Shown here piece after piece: positions 9,192 to 23,688 of a stretch of 32,000 bases of DNA. Source of the DNA: Pseudomonas aeruginosa (lineage in GTDB: Bacteria; Pseudomonadota; Gammaproteobacteria; Pseudomonadales; Pseudomonadaceae); NCBI RefSeq assembly GCF_001457615.1, contig NZ_LN831024.1, positions 1,920,001 to 1,952,000 of the forward strand. The letters are read 5' to 3'. A program made the position numbers and the translations under genes. Under the pieces are notes generated by a model. The model had not been told where the DNA came from. It was given only the letters and a program-made list of their open reading frames with translations, and searched no databases. Each line of letters begins with the position of its first letter. The first letter of the stretch is position 1.

Positions 9192-9932
9192 TCACTGGGC
9201 GTCGAAGGCCTGGCCGTTGACGCCGGCGCTGTCCGGCCCCATGAGGTACAGGTAGACCGGCATGATCTCCTCGCCGGTGGGGTTGTTCAGCGGGTTTTCC
9301 CCAGGGTAGGCGAGGGCGCGCATACTGGTGCGGGTGGCGCCGGGGTTGACGCTGTTGGCGCGGATCGCGCTGGTACCGTCGAGTTCGTCGGCAAGGGTCT
9401 GCATCATGCCCTCGGTGGCGAACTTCGATACCGAATAGGCGCCCCAGTAGGCGCGGCCCTTCCGGCCCACGCTGCTCGAGGTAAAGATGATCGAGGCGTC
9501 GCTGGAGAGCTTCATCAGCGGCAGCATGGCGGTGGTCAGCATGAACATGGCATTGACGTTCACCTGCATCACGCGCATGAAGTTCTCCCCGGAAATCTGC
9601 TGCATCGGCGAGCGCGGACCGAGGATCGAAGCGTTGTGCAGCAGGCCGTCGATGCGGCCGAACTCGTTCTCCAGGGTTGCCGCCAGTTCCTCGAACTGGT
9701 GCGGCTGGGCGGTCTCCAGGTTGAACGGGATCACGGCGGCCTGCGGATGGCCGGCGGCCTCGATGGCGTCGTAGACCTCGTTCAGGTACTCCTCGGTCTT
9801 GCCCAGCAGCAGCACGGTGGCGCCGTGGGCGGCGAAGGTCTTGGCGGCGGCGGCGCCGATGCCGCGGCCGGCGCCGGTGACCAGGATCACGCGGTCTTTC
9901 AGCAGGTCGGGGCGGGCGGAGTACTGGAACAT
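9192..9932 (-). CDS. Short-chain dehydrogenase/reductase (YciK-like)
   Basis: 246 aa with ILVTGAGRGIGAAAAKTFAAHGA (Rossmann) and YSVSK active-site motif. Confidence 0.93.
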   Translation of the reverse strand: MFQYSARPDLLKDRVILVTGAGRGIGAAAAKTFAAHGATVLLLGKTEEYLNEVYDAIEAAGHPQAAVIPFNLETAQPHQFEELAATLENEFGRIDGLLHNASILGPRSPMQQISGENFMRVMQVNVNAMFMLTTAMLPLMKLSSDASIIFTSSSVGRKGRAYWGAYSVSKFATEGMMQTLADELDGTSAIRANSVNPGATRTSMRALAYPGENPLNNPTGEEIMPVYLYLMGPDSAGVNGQAFDAQ

Positions 9933-9952
9933 GTCGAATCCTTTGAATGCAT

Positions 9953-9972
9953 GACCCGCCTGGCGGCGGGTC
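9953..9972. terminator. Intergenic hairpin between mupP and the SDR gene
   Basis: GACCCGCC-TGGC-GGCGGGTC, 8-bp perfect stem; no T tract, so it may be a processing or attenuation element. Confidence 0.4.
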
Positions 9973-9996
9973 GTTGTCTGTCGGCGGCGCTGCGGA

Positions 9997-10668
9997 TCAG
10001 CAGTCGCAGAGCGCGCGGTCGAGAACGTCGATGAGTTCGCGCGGGTGGTCGACGATCACGTCGGCGCCCCAGTGCGCGGGGTTGTCTTCAGGGTGGATGT
10101 AGCCGTAGCGCACCGCCGCGGTCTTGGTCCCGGCGTCGCGGCCGGATTCGATGTCGCGCAGGTCGTCGCCGATGAACAGCACCCTCGACGGATCGATGCC
10201 GAGCTGGCTACAGGCCAGTAGCAGCGGCTCGGGATCGGGCTTGCTGCGGGTCACGTGGTCCGGACAGACCAGCACCCTGGAACGCTCGGCGTAGCCCAGG
10301 CGCTGCATGATCGGTTCGGCGAAGCGCACCGGCTTGTTGGTCACCACGCCCCAGATCAACCCGGCTTTCTCGATCGCCGCGAGCAGTTCGGGGATGCCGT
10401 CGTAGGGCCGGCTGAGAACCGCGCAATGCTCCTGGTAGCGGTCGAGGAACTCCTGGCGCAGGGGTTCCAGTTCCGGGCTGTCCAGCGACAGGCCGAAGGC
10501 CGCGGCAACCATCGCGCGCGCGCCGCCGGAGACCACGTCGCGCACCCGTTGCTCGTCCACCGGCGGCAGGCCGTGGGCGGCACGCATGGCCTGGGTGATG
10601 GCGATGAAGTCTGGCGCCGTGTCGAGCAGGGTGCCATCCATGTCGAACAGTACCGCTTTGAGCCGCAT
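9997..10668 (-). CDS. mupP: HAD-superfamily phosphatase, MupP-type (N-acetylmuramic acid 6-phosphate phosphatase / phosphoglycolate phosphatase-like)
   Basis: [21 protein letters not shown]..., VVTNKP, and [17 protein letters not shown] motifs. Immediately downstream of ubiG. A GTG at 10677 overlapping the ubiG stop is an alternative start. Confidence 0.88.
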   Translation of the reverse strand: MRLKAVLFDMDGTLLDTAPDFIAITQAMRAAHGLPPVDEQRVRDVVSGGARAMVAAAFGLSLDSPELEPLRQEFLDRYQEHCAVLSRPYDGIPELLAAIEKAGLIWGVVTNKPVRFAEPIMQRLGYAERSRVLVCPDHVTRSKPDPEPLLLACSQLGIDPSRVLFIGDDLRDIESGRDAGTKTAAVRYGYIHPEDNPAHWGADVIVDHPRELIDVLDRALCDC

Positions 10669-10673
10669 GCGCT

Positions 10674-11372
10674 TCACGCCTCCCGCTGGGTCTGGACCAT
10701 GTAGTTGACGTCGACGTCGTTGGCCAGCTTGTAGTGCTTGGTCAGCGGGTTGTAGGTCAGGCCGATGATGTCCTTGACCTCGAGACCGGCCTCGCGCGAC
10801 CAGGCGCCGAGTTCCGACGGACGGATGAACTTGCGGAAATCGTGGGTCCCGCGCGGCAGCAACTGGAGGATGTATTCCGCGCCGATCACCGCGAACAGGT
10901 AGGCCTTGGGATTGCGGTTGATGGTCGAGAGGAATACCTGTCCGCCCGGCTTGACCAGGCGGTGGCAGGCGCGGATCACCGAGGCCGGGTCCGGCACGTG
11001 TTCGAGCATCTCCAGGCAGGTGACCACGTCGAATTGCCCGGGCATTTCCTCGGCCATCTGCTCGGCGGTGATCTGCCGGTAGTCGACGGCGACGCCGGAT
11101 TCCAGCTGGTGCAGGCGCGCCACCGCGAGCGGCGCTTCGCCCATGTCGATGCCGGTGACGCTGGCGCCGCGCTGGGCCATGGCTTCGCTGAGGATGCCGC
11201 CGCCGCAACCGATGTCGAGCACCTTCTTGCCGGCCAGGCCGGCGCGCTCGTCGATCCAGTTGACGCGCAGCGGGTTGATGTCGTGGAGCGGCTTGAACTC
11301 GCTCTCGCGGTCCCACCAGCGATGGGCCAGTGCCTCGAATTTGGCGATCTCGGCGTGGTCGACGTTGCTCAT
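10674..11372 (-). CDS. ubiG: Ubiquinone biosynthesis O-methyltransferase
   Basis: [70 protein letters not shown]... SAM-methyltransferase motif I and UbiG N-terminus. Confidence 0.95.
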   Translation of the reverse strand: MSNVDHAEIAKFEALAHRWWDRESEFKPLHDINPLRVNWIDERAGLAGKKVLDIGCGGGILSEAMAQRGASVTGIDMGEAPLAVARLHQLESGVAVDYRQITAEQMAEEMPGQFDVVTCLEMLEHVPDPASVIRACHRLVKPGGQVFLSTINRNPKAYLFAVIGAEYILQLLPRGTHDFRKFIRPSELGAWSREAGLEVKDIIGLTYNPLTKHYKLANDVDVNYMVQTQREA

Positions 11373-11522
11373 AATCGTTCCCGTTGAAGAGTGAAGCCTT
11401 TGGGGGAAGGGCCGCGGCGGCGGAATCCAATCCTTCATGTTGCCAGCTTTGGCGGAGGGATGGGGCCGGCGGCGGTTCGCCTTCCTATGTCAGTTTGTCG
11501 CAGCGGGGCGGCCCGCCGCGGT

Positions 11523-12930
<1,408 letters not shown>

Positions 12931-12966
12931 CCGCAGCTTTTCCGTGATTCAGCGAGAGGTGTGTGC

Positions 12967-14043
12967 ATGCGAGAGCGACTGCTGGCGGCCGAGCGGGTCA
13001 AGGCGATCGAGTGGCGGGACGGTACGCTGCGGTTGCTGGATCAGCGCCTGCTGCCCCAGGAGGAGGTCTGGCTCGAACACGAGTCGGCGGCCGAGGTGGC
13101 CAAGGCCATTCGCGATATGGTCGTGCGCGGCGCGCCGGCCATCGGCATCAGCGCCGCCTACGGCATCGTCCTTGGCGCCCGCGCGCGCCTGGCGCAGGGC
13201 GGCGACTGGCGCGCCGCGCTGGAGGAGGACTTCCGCCTGCTGGCCGACTCGCGACCCACGGCGGTCAACCTGTTCTGGGCGCTGAACCGCATGCGCGACC
13301 GTCTGGAGCGAATGAAAGAGGGCGACCAGCCGCTGGCGGTGCTGGAAGCCGAGGCGATCTCCATCCATGAAAGCGACCGCGAGGCCAACCTGACCATGGC
13401 CCAGTTGGGCATGGAGCTGATCCGCAAGCAGCAGGGCAGCCCGCAGAACATCCTCACCCACTGCAATACCGGCGCCCTGGCGACCGGCGGGTTCGGCACC
13501 GCGCTGGGGGTGATCCGCGCCGCGCACCTGGAAGGCCTGGTCAATCGCATCTACGCCGACGAAACCCGGCCCTGGCTCCAGGGCTCGCGACTGACCGCCT
13601 GGGAGCTGGCCAACGAAGGCATCCCGGTCAGCCTGAACGTGGATTCGGCCGCCGCGCACCTGATGAAGACCGAAAACATCACCTGGGTCATCGTCGGCGC
13701 CGACCGCATCACCGCCAATGGCGATGTCGCCAACAAGATCGGCACCTACCAGCTGGCGGTCAACGCCATGCACCACGGCGTGCGCTTCATGGTGGTGGCG
13801 CCGAGTTCGACCATCGACATGAACCTGGAGAGCGGCGAGGACATCCCGATCGAAGAGCGCGACGGTCGCGAACTGCTGGAAATCGGCGGGCGACGGGTGG
13901 CGGCCGAGGTCGATGCCTACAATCCGGTATTCGACGTGACCCCGGCGGACCTTATCGATGCCATCGTGACCGAGCGTGGCGTCGTCGAGCGTCCCGACGC
14001 CGAGCGCATGGCCGCCCTGATGAGCCGCAAGCGCCTGCATTGA
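12967..14043 (+). CDS. mtnA: S-methyl-5-thioribose-1-phosphate isomerase
   Basis: [30 protein letters not shown]...[15 protein letters not shown]... [13 protein letters not shown]...VIVGADRIT. 358 aa. Confidence 0.95.
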
Positions 14044-14279
14044 ACGAGGCGACTGGAGGTCGTCCCCGCCAGGGCCTTTGCCTTGGGCTGGGGCGTGGGC
14101 TGTGGTAAGCTCCGACGGTTATTCGAGCGCCCCGCGGAGGGGCCTCGAGAGTGCGCGAATCCTTGACTCAAGTCGTTGATTTGTAGTGAGTTGGCGCTGC
14201 TCGGGCATGCGCCGACCTACTTCGTTTGCCTCAGGATCGAGGCGGCGAAGTTCCACCAGAAAAAGGAACCAGGCTTCTC

Positions 14280-17051
<2,772 letters not shown>

Positions 17052-17138
17052 GGCTCGGGGCGGGCGCCTGCGCCCGCCCGGCCGATGACCTCGGCGGATA
17101 ACTCACGGCTATCCGCCCTACCTATAGCGAGAGTGGAT

Positions 17139-18224
17139 GTGAGCAAGCGAGCCTTCAATTTCTGCGCCGGTCCCGCGGCGCTTCCCGACGCAGTTCTGCA
17201 ACGTGCCCAGGCCGAGCTTCTCGACTGGCGGGGCAAGGGCCTTTCGGTCATGGAAATGAGCCACCGTAGTGATGACTACGTGGCCATCGCCAGCAAGGCC
17301 GAGCAGGACCTGCGCGACCTGCTCGACATTCCCTCGGACTACAAGGTGCTGTTCCTGCAGGGCGGCGCCAGCCAGCAGTTCGCCGAGATTCCGCTGAACC
17401 TGCTGCCCGAAGATGGCGTCGCCGACTATATCGATACCGGTATCTGGTCGAAGAAGGCCATCGAGGAGGCTCGTCGCTATGGCACCGTGAATGTCGCGGC
17501 CAGCGCCAAGGAGTACGACTACTTCGCCATTCCGGGTCAGAACGAGTGGACGCTGACCAAGGACGCGGCCTATGTGCACTACGCCTCCAACGAGACCATC
17601 GGCGGCCTCGAGTTCGACTGGATTCCCGAGACCGGCGACGTGCCGCTGGTCACCGACATGTCCTCCGACATCCTCTCGCGCCCGCTCGACGTGTCCCGCT
17701 TCGGCCTGATCTATGCCGGGGCGCAGAAGAACATCGGCCCGTCCGGCCTGGTGGTGGTGATCGTTCGCGAAGACCTGCTCGGCCGCGCCCGCAGCGTCTG
17801 CCCGACCATGCTCAACTACAAGATCGCTGCGGACAACGGTTCCATGTACAACACCCCGGCGACCTACTCCTGGTACCTGTCCGGCCTGGTCTTCGAATGG
17901 CTGAAGGAGCAGGGCGGGGTGACCGCGATGGAGCAGCGCAACCGCGCCAAGAAGGACCTGCTGTACAAGACCATCGATGCCAGCGACTTCTACACCAACC
18001 CGATCCAGCCGAGCGCCCGCTCCTGGATGAACGTGCCGTTCCGCCTGGCCGACGAGCGTCTCGACAAGCCGTTCCTGGAAGGCGCCGAGGCGCGCGGGCT
18101 GCTCAACCTGAAAGGCCACCGCTCGGTCGGCGGCATGCGCGCTTCCATCTACAACGCCCTTGGCCTGGACGCGGTCGAGGCGCTGGTCGCATACATGGCG
18201 GAGTTCGAGAAGGAGCACGGCTGA
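17139..18224 (+). CDS. serC: Phosphoserine aminotransferase (GTG start)
   Basis: (V/M)SKRAFNFCAGPAALPDAVLQRAQAELLDWRGKGLSVMEMSHRS...; 361 aa. Confidence 0.96.
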   Translation: MSKRAFNFCAGPAALPDAVLQRAQAELLDWRGKGLSVMEMSHRSDDYVAIASKAEQDLRDLLDIPSDYKVLFLQGGASQQFAEIPLNLLPEDGVADYIDTGIWSKKAIEEARRYGTVNVAASAKEYDYFAIPGQNEWTLTKDAAYVHYASNETIGGLEFDWIPETGDVPLVTDMSSDILSRPLDVSRFGLIYAGAQKNIGPSGLVVVIVREDLLGRARSVCPTMLNYKIAADNGSMYNTPATYSWYLSGLVFEWLKEQGGVTAMEQRNRAKKDLLYKTIDASDFYTNPIQPSARSWMNVPFRLADERLDKPFLEGAEARGLLNLKGHRSVGGMRASIYNALGLDAVEALVAYMAEFEKEHG

Positions 18225-19321
18225 TGGCGGACCAGGACCAGCTCAAGGCCTTGCGCCTGCGCATCGACAGCCTCGACGAGAAGTTGCTCGAGCTGATCAG
18301 CGAGCGTGCCCGTTGCGCCCAGGACGTGGCGCGAGTGAAGACCCAGACCCTGGGCGAGGGCGAGGCGCCGGTGTTCTACCGTCCCGAGCGCGAAGCCTGG
18401 GTGCTCAAGCACATCATGCAATTGAACAAGGGGCCGCTGGACAACGAAGAGGTCGCGCGGCTGTTCCGCGAGATCATGTCGTCCTGCCTGGCGCTCGAGC
18501 AGCCGCTGAAAGTGGCCTATCTCGGACCCGAGGGCACCTTTACCCAGGCCGCGGCACTCAAGCATTTCGGCAACGCGGTGATCAGTACGCCGATGGCGGC
18601 GATCGACGAGGTGTTCCGCGAGGTCGCCGCCGGCGCGGTGAACTTCGGCGTGGTGCCTGTGGAAAACTCCACCGAGGGGGCGGTCAACCATACCCTCGAC
18701 AGCTTCCTTGAGCACGACATGGTGATCTGCGGCGAAGTCGAGTTGCGTATCCACCATCACCTGCTGGTCGGCGAAACCACCAAGACCGACAACATCACCC
18801 GGATCTATTCCCATGCCCAATCCCTCGCGCAATGTCGCAAGTGGCTGGACTCGCACTACCCGAGCGTCGAGCGGGTGGCGGTGTCGAGCAACGCCGACGC
18901 GGCCAAGCGGGTGAAGAGCGAGTGGAATTCGGCAGCGATCGCCGGCGACATGGCGGCCAGCCTGTACGACCTGAGCAAGCTGCACGAGAAGATCGAGGAC
19001 CGCCCGGACAACTCCACGCGCTTCCTGATCATCGGCAACCAGGAGGTGCCGCCGACCGGCGACGACAAGACCTCGATCATCGTTTCCATGCGCAACAAGC
19101 CGGGGGCCCTGCACGAGCTGCTGGTACCGTTCCACAACAATGGTATCGACCTGACCCGCATCGAAACCCGCCCGTCGCGCAGCGGCAAATGGACCTACGT
19201 GTTCTTCATCGATTTCGTCGGCCACCATAAAGAACCGCTGATCAAGGACGTCCTGGAGAAGATCGGCCAGGAAGCCGTCGCCCTGAAGGTCCTGGGCTCC
19301 TATCCGAAAGCGGTGCTCTGA
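18224..19321 (+). CDS. pheA: Bifunctional chorismate mutase/prephenate dehydratase (P-protein)
   Basis: N-terminal chorismate mutase (LKALRLRIDSLDEKLLELISERARCAQDVA), prephenate dehydratase (YLGPEGTFTQAAALKHFG) and ACT domain (SRPSRSGKWTYVFFIDFVGH, as TRPSRSGK). Start overlaps the serC stop (TGATG). Confidence 0.96.
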   Translation: MADQDQLKALRLRIDSLDEKLLELISERARCAQDVARVKTQTLGEGEAPVFYRPEREAWVLKHIMQLNKGPLDNEEVARLFREIMSSCLALEQPLKVAYLGPEGTFTQAAALKHFGNAVISTPMAAIDEVFREVAAGAVNFGVVPVENSTEGAVNHTLDSFLEHDMVICGEVELRIHHHLLVGETTKTDNITRIYSHAQSLAQCRKWLDSHYPSVERVAVSSNADAAKRVKSEWNSAAIAGDMAASLYDLSKLHEKIEDRPDNSTRFLIIGNQEVPPTGDDKTSIIVSMRNKPGALHELLVPFHNNGIDLTRIETRPSRSGKWTYVFFIDFVGHHKEPLIKDVLEKIGQEAVALKVLGSYPKAVL

Positions 19322-19389
19322 GCGCGCTGTCATTCCGAAGAGACGGGTCATCGATGAATGCCCCGTCCCGCGTCGAGGCTGAACTATCC

Positions 19390-20499
19390 ATGTCCGATTT
19401 CCTTGCCCTGGCCCAGCCGGGGGTGCAAAAGCTGTCGCCCTACGTCCCTGGCAAGCCGGTGGACGAACTGGCCCGCGAGCTGGGCATCGACCCTGCGGCG
19501 ATCGTCAAGCTCGCCAGCAACGAGAACCCGCTGGGTGCGAGCCCAAAGGCGCTGGAGGCTATCCGCGCCGAACTGGCGGAACTGACCCGTTATCCTGACG
19601 GCAACGGTTTCGAACTCAAGCGCAAGCTGGCCGAGCGTTGCGCGGTGGATGCGGCGCAGGTGACCCTGGGCAACGGCTCCAACGACATTCTCGACCTGGT
19701 CGCCCGTGCCTACCTCGCGCCTGGTCTGAACGCCGTGTTCAGCGAACATGCCTTCGCCGTCTACCCGATCGCCACCCAGGCCGTGGGCGCCGAGGGGCGG
19801 GCGGTCAAGGCGCGCGCCTGGGGGCATGACCTGGAAGCGATGCTCGCCGCCATCGATGGGCAAACTCGCGTGGTGTTCGTCGCCAATCCGAACAACCCGA
19901 CCGGGACCTGGTTCGGTGCGGACGCCCTGGAGCGGTTCCTCGCCCAGGTGCCGGCGGAGGTGCTGGTGGTGCTGGACGAGGCCTATATCGAATACGCCGA
20001 GGGCGATGAGCTGCCCGATGGCCTGGACTACCTGGCGCGGCACCCCAACCTGCTGGTCTCGCGGACCTTCTCCAAGGCCTATGGCCTGGCTTCGCTGCGG
20101 GTCGGCTACGCGCTTTCGAGCAAGGCGGTGGCCGATGTGCTCAACCGCGTGCGCCAGCCGTTCAATGTCAATAGCCTGGCCCTGGCGGCTGCCTACGCGG
20201 CGCTGGACGACCATGACTACCTGGCGCAGAGTCGCCGCCTAAACGATTCCGGCATGGCGCAGCTGGAGGATGGCTTCCACGCGTTGGGCCTGTCCTGGAT
20301 TCCCTCGAAGGGCAACTTCATCGCCGTGGATCTGGCTCGCGATGCCGGTCCGGTCTACCAGGCGCTGCTGCGCGAAGGTGTGATCGTGCGTCCGGTGGCT
20401 GGCTACGGGATGCCGACCTTCCTGCGCGTCTCCATCGGGCTGCCGGAAGAGAACGATCGTTTCCTCCAGGCGCTGGGCAAGGTGCTGGCGCATGACTGA
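19390..20499 (+). CDS. hisC2: Histidinol-phosphate aminotransferase
   Basis: MSDFLALAQPGVQKLSPYVPGKPVDELARELG...; LASNENPLGASPKA; SRTFSKAYGLASLRVGY PLP motif. 369 aa; the ORF could extend to 19354. Confidence 0.92.
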   Translation: MSDFLALAQPGVQKLSPYVPGKPVDELARELGIDPAAIVKLASNENPLGASPKALEAIRAELAELTRYPDGNGFELKRKLAERCAVDAAQVTLGNGSNDILDLVARAYLAPGLNAVFSEHAFAVYPIATQAVGAEGRAVKARAWGHDLEAMLAAIDGQTRVVFVANPNNPTGTWFGADALERFLAQVPAEVLVVLDEAYIEYAEGDELPDGLDYLARHPNLLVSRTFSKAYGLASLRVGYALSSKAVADVLNRVRQPFNVNSLALAAAYAALDDHDYLAQSRRLNDSGMAQLEDGFHALGLSWIPSKGNFIAVDLARDAGPVYQALLREGVIVRPVAGYGMPTFLRVSIGLPEENDRFLQALGKVLAHD

Positions 20500-22732
20500 G
20501 GTCACGCCGCTGCAACAGTCGACCCCTAAGCTGGGCCGCCTGGTGGTGGTGGGGCTGGGCCTGATTGGCGGCTCCTTCGCCAAGGGGTTGCGGAGCAAAG
20601 GGTTGTTCCGGGAAGTGGTCGGCGTGGATCGGGATGCCGAGTCTTGCCGCCTGGCGGTGGAGCTCGGCGTGGTCGACCGTTGCGAGGAGGATCTTGGCCG
20701 CGCCTGCGTCGGCGCCGACGTGATCCAGTTGGCGGTGCCGATCCTGGCGATGGAGCGGGTGCTGGCCGACCTGGCGAAGCTCGACCTGGGCAAGGCTGTA
20801 TTGACCGACGTTGGCAGCGCCAAGGGCAATATCGTGCGTGCCGCGCGTGTCGCGTTCGGCGGGATGCCGCGGTACCTGGTACCGGGGCATCCGATCGCGG
20901 GTTCCGAGCAGAGCGGAGTGACCGCGGCGAAGGCGACCCTGTTCCGCCGGCACAAGGTGATTCTCACGCCCTCCGCGGAGACCGATGCCGACGCGCTGGC
21001 GCTGGTCGACAGCCTGTGGCGCGCGCTGGGCGCGGACGTCGAGCACATGGAGGTCGAGCATCACGACGAGGTTCTGGCGGCCACCAGCCACCTGCCTCAC
21101 CTGCTGGCCTTCACCCTGGTCGACTCCCTGGCCAAGCGCAGCGAGAACCTGGAGATCTTCCGCTATGCCGCCGGCGGTTTCCGTGATTTCACGCGGATCG
21201 CCGGCAGCGACCCGGTGATGTGGCACGACATCTTTCTCGCCAATCGCGAGGCGGTGCTGCGTACACTGGATGTTTTTCGTGACGACCTCGACGCGCTGCG
21301 CGAGGCCGTCGACACTGGGGACGGGCACCAGTTGTTGGGCGTTTTCACGCGCGCCCGGGTAGCCCGTGAGCATTTCAGCAAAATCCTGGCCCGTCGGGCC
21401 TATGTGGACGCCATGCACAACAACGACCTGATTTATCTGGCCCAGCCGGGCGGCAGCCTGTCCGGAACCATCCGGGTACCGGGCGACAAGTCGATTTCCC
21501 ATCGCTCGATCATGCTCGGCTCCCTGGCCGAAGGCACCACCGAAGTGGAGGGCTTCCTCGAGGGCGAGGACGCACTGGCAACCATCCAGGCGTTCCGCGA
21601 CATGGGAGTGGTGATCGAGGGGCCGCAGAACGGCCGCGTCACCGTCCATGGCGTTGGCCTGCACGGCCTCAAGGCGCCGCCTGGGCCGATCTACCTGGGT
21701 AACTCCGGTACTTCCATGCGTCTGCTCAGCGGTCTGCTGGCGGCCCAGCCGTTCGACAGCACCCTGACCGGCGACGCTTCCCTTTCCAAGCGGCCGATGA
21801 ATCGCGTAGCCAAGCCGCTGCGCGAGATGGGCGCGGTAATCGAGACGGGGCCGGAAGGCCGTCCGCCGATGACCATTCGCGGCGGCCAGCGCCTCACCGG
21901 TATGCATTACGACATGCCGATGGCCAGCGCCCAGGTGAAGTCCTGCCTGTTGCTCGCCGGGCTCTACGCCGCGGGTGAGACCTCGGTCACCGAGCCGGCG
22001 CCGACCCGCGACCACACCGAGCGCATGCTGCGCGGCTTCGGCTATCCGGTGGAGGTCGAGGGCAGCACCGCCAAGGTCGAATCCGGGCACAAGTTGAGCG
22101 CCACCCATATCGAGGTCCCGGCCGATATTTCCTCGGCAGCCTTCTTCCTGGTTGCCGCCAGTATCGCCGAGGGTTCGGAACTGGTCCTGCAGCACGTCGG
22201 CATCAACCCGACGCGCGTCGGCGTCATCGAGATCCTGCGCCTGATGGGTGGTGACCTGAGCCTGGAAAACCAGCGCGAGGTCGGCGGCGAGCCGGTCGCC
22301 GACATCCGCGTGCGCTCCGCGCGGCTCAAGGGCATCGACATTCCCGAGGACCTGGTGCCACTGGCCATCGACGAGTTCCCGGTACTCTTCGTGGCTGCCG
22401 CCTGCGCCGAGGGGCGCACCGTCCTGCGTGGCGCCGAAGAGCTGCGGGTCAAGGAGTCGGACCGTATCCAGGTCATGGCTGACGGCTTGAAGGCCCTGGG
22501 CGTGAAGGCCGAGCCGACCCCGGATGGCATCGTCATCGAGGGTGGTGCGTTCGGTGGCGGCGAAGTCTGGGCGCACGGCGACCACCGTATCGCCATGTCC
22601 TTCAGCGTCGCTTCGCTGCGCGCCAGCGGGCCGATCCGCATCCACGACTGCGCCAACGTCGCCACCTCCTTCCCCAACTTCCTCGCCCTGTGTGCCCAGA
22701 CCGGTATCCGGGTCGCCGTGGAGAACAATTGA
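20492..22732 (+). CDS. tyrA-aroA: Fused prephenate dehydrogenase / 3-phosphoshikimate 1-carboxyvinyltransferase
   Basis: N-terminal [16 protein letters not shown]-binding/TyrA domain. C-terminal EPSP synthase motifs: [31 protein letters not shown] (as [13 protein letters not shown]), [16 protein letters not shown]. 746 aa; starts within the hisC2 end. Confidence 0.96.
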   Translation: MTEVTPLQQSTPKLGRLVVVGLGLIGGSFAKGLRSKGLFREVVGVDRDAESCRLAVELGVVDRCEEDLGRACVGADVIQLAVPILAMERVLADLAKLDLGKAVLTDVGSAKGNIVRAARVAFGGMPRYLVPGHPIAGSEQSGVTAAKATLFRRHKVILTPSAETDADALALVDSLWRALGADVEHMEVEHHDEVLAATSHLPHLLAFTLVDSLAKRSENLEIFRYAAGGFRDFTRIAGSDPVMWHDIFLANREAVLRTLDVFRDDLDALREAVDTGDGHQLLGVFTRARVAREHFSKILARRAYVDAMHNNDLIYLAQPGGSLSGTIRVPGDKSISHRSIMLGSLAEGTTEVEGFLEGEDALATIQAFRDMGVVIEGPQNGRVTVHGVGLHGLKAPPGPIYLGNSGTSMRLLSGLLAAQPFDSTLTGDASLSKRPMNRVAKPLREMGAVIETGPEGRPPMTIRGGQRLTGMHYDMPMASAQVKSCLLLAGLYAAGETSVTEPAPTRDHTERMLRGFGYPVEVEGSTAKVESGHKLSATHIEVPADISSAAFFLVAASIAEGSELVLQHVGINPTRVGVIEILRLMGGDLSLENQREVGGEPVADIRVRSARLKGIDIPEDLVPLAIDEFPVLFVAAACAEGRTVLRGAEELRVKESDRIQVMADGLKALGVKAEPTPDGIVIEGGAFGGGEVWAHGDHRIAMSFSVASLRASGPIRIHDCANVATSFPNFLALCAQTGIRVAVENN

Positions 22733-23421
22733 TGAACGGCGCTGTACCGATGCTCGCCATCGATGGCCCCAGTGGCGCCGGCAAGGGCACGGTCGCCGGG
22801 CTGCTCGCCCGGCGCCTGGGCTGGAACCTGCTGGATTCCGGGGCGCTTTATCGGCTGTTGGCGTTCGCCGCGGTCAACCATGGTGTCGACCTGACCAATG
22901 AAGAGGCGCTGAAGGTTCTGGCTGCGCACCTCGATGTGCAGTTCGTCGCTGCCGATGGCAGCCATGGGCAGCGCATCATTCTCGAAGGCGAGGAAGTGAC
23001 CGATGTGATCCGTACCGAGCAGGTCGGTGCCGGCGCCTCACAGGTCGCCGCCTTACCGGCCGTGCGCGATGCGTTGCTGCAGCGCCAGCGGGCGTTCCTC
23101 GAAGCGCCGGGGTTGGTGGCCGACGGCCGCGACATGGGCACCGTGGTGTTTCCCGATGCGCCTCTGAAGATCTTCCTCACCGCCTCGGCGGAGGAGCGTG
23201 CGCGTCGACGCTACCTGCAGTTGAAGGCGAAGGGCGCGGATGTCGACCAGTCTGCCTTGCTGGAAGAAATCCGCGAGCGCGACGAGCGCGACAGCCAGCG
23301 CGCGGTCGCGCCGCTGAAACCGGCCGATGACGCGATCCTGCTGGACTCCACCGAAATGAGCATCGAGGCGGTGGTCGAGACGATCATCCGGCATTGCGAG
23401 CGGCAGGGCTGGGACGTCTGA
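22732..23421 (+). CDS. cmk: Cytidylate kinase
   Basis: [35 protein letters not shown]...; [24 protein letters not shown]. 229 aa. Confidence 0.96.
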   Translation: MNGAVPMLAIDGPSGAGKGTVAGLLARRLGWNLLDSGALYRLLAFAAVNHGVDLTNEEALKVLAAHLDVQFVAADGSHGQRIILEGEEVTDVIRTEQVGAGASQVAALPAVRDALLQRQRAFLEAPGLVADGRDMGTVVFPDAPLKIFLTASAEERARRRYLQLKAKGADVDQSALLEEIRERDERDSQRAVAPLKPADDAILLDSTEMSIEAVVETIIRHCERQGWDV

Positions 23422-23437
23422 GGTTTCGGCGCGGGAA

Positions 23438-23466
23438 TTGACGATACAGGGCCTGGTTGCTAATAT
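23438..23466 (+). promoter_or_regulatory. Sigma70-type promoter for rpsA
   Basis: TTGACG (23438-23443), 17-nt spacer, TATA-like TAATAT (23461-23466), leaving an untranslated leader of about 215 nt before rpsA. Confidence 0.75.
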
Positions 23467-23688
23467 TCCAGACCTTATGTTGTGGCGTTTTGCAGGTGCG
23501 GCGAGGGTTGCCTCCCGACTTGCCTGGCGCCATCGCAGAACAACCCAACTGGGCATTCCCATTCGGGAGTGCAATCAGAAGCTAGCAGGAAACCAGCAAA
23601 TTGTCCTGCGGCTTCATTTAATGACTTGACCGCATTGGCTGGTGATGCGGAATCGGGCCCTTCCGGGCCTTTGACTACAGGTATGAAC

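Noticed and set aside
7216-9255. 679-aa plus-strand ORF spanning gltS end, ureohydrolase and IclR genes
   Set aside because: Antisense to three supported genes on the minus strand; low-complexity composition (QVGQ, EAGE) typical of reverse-strand artefacts.
10669-11430. N-terminal half of the 477-aa ORF fused to MupP
   Set aside because: It is ubiG read out of frame; the MupP domain starts at [17 protein letters not shown].
12949-14040. 363-aa minus-strand ORF opposite mtnA
   Set aside because: Antisense shadow of mtnA, no motif.
20318-22645. 775-aa minus-strand ORF antisense to tyrA-aroA
   Set aside because: Same effect; no recognisable domain and overlaps a well-supported gene.
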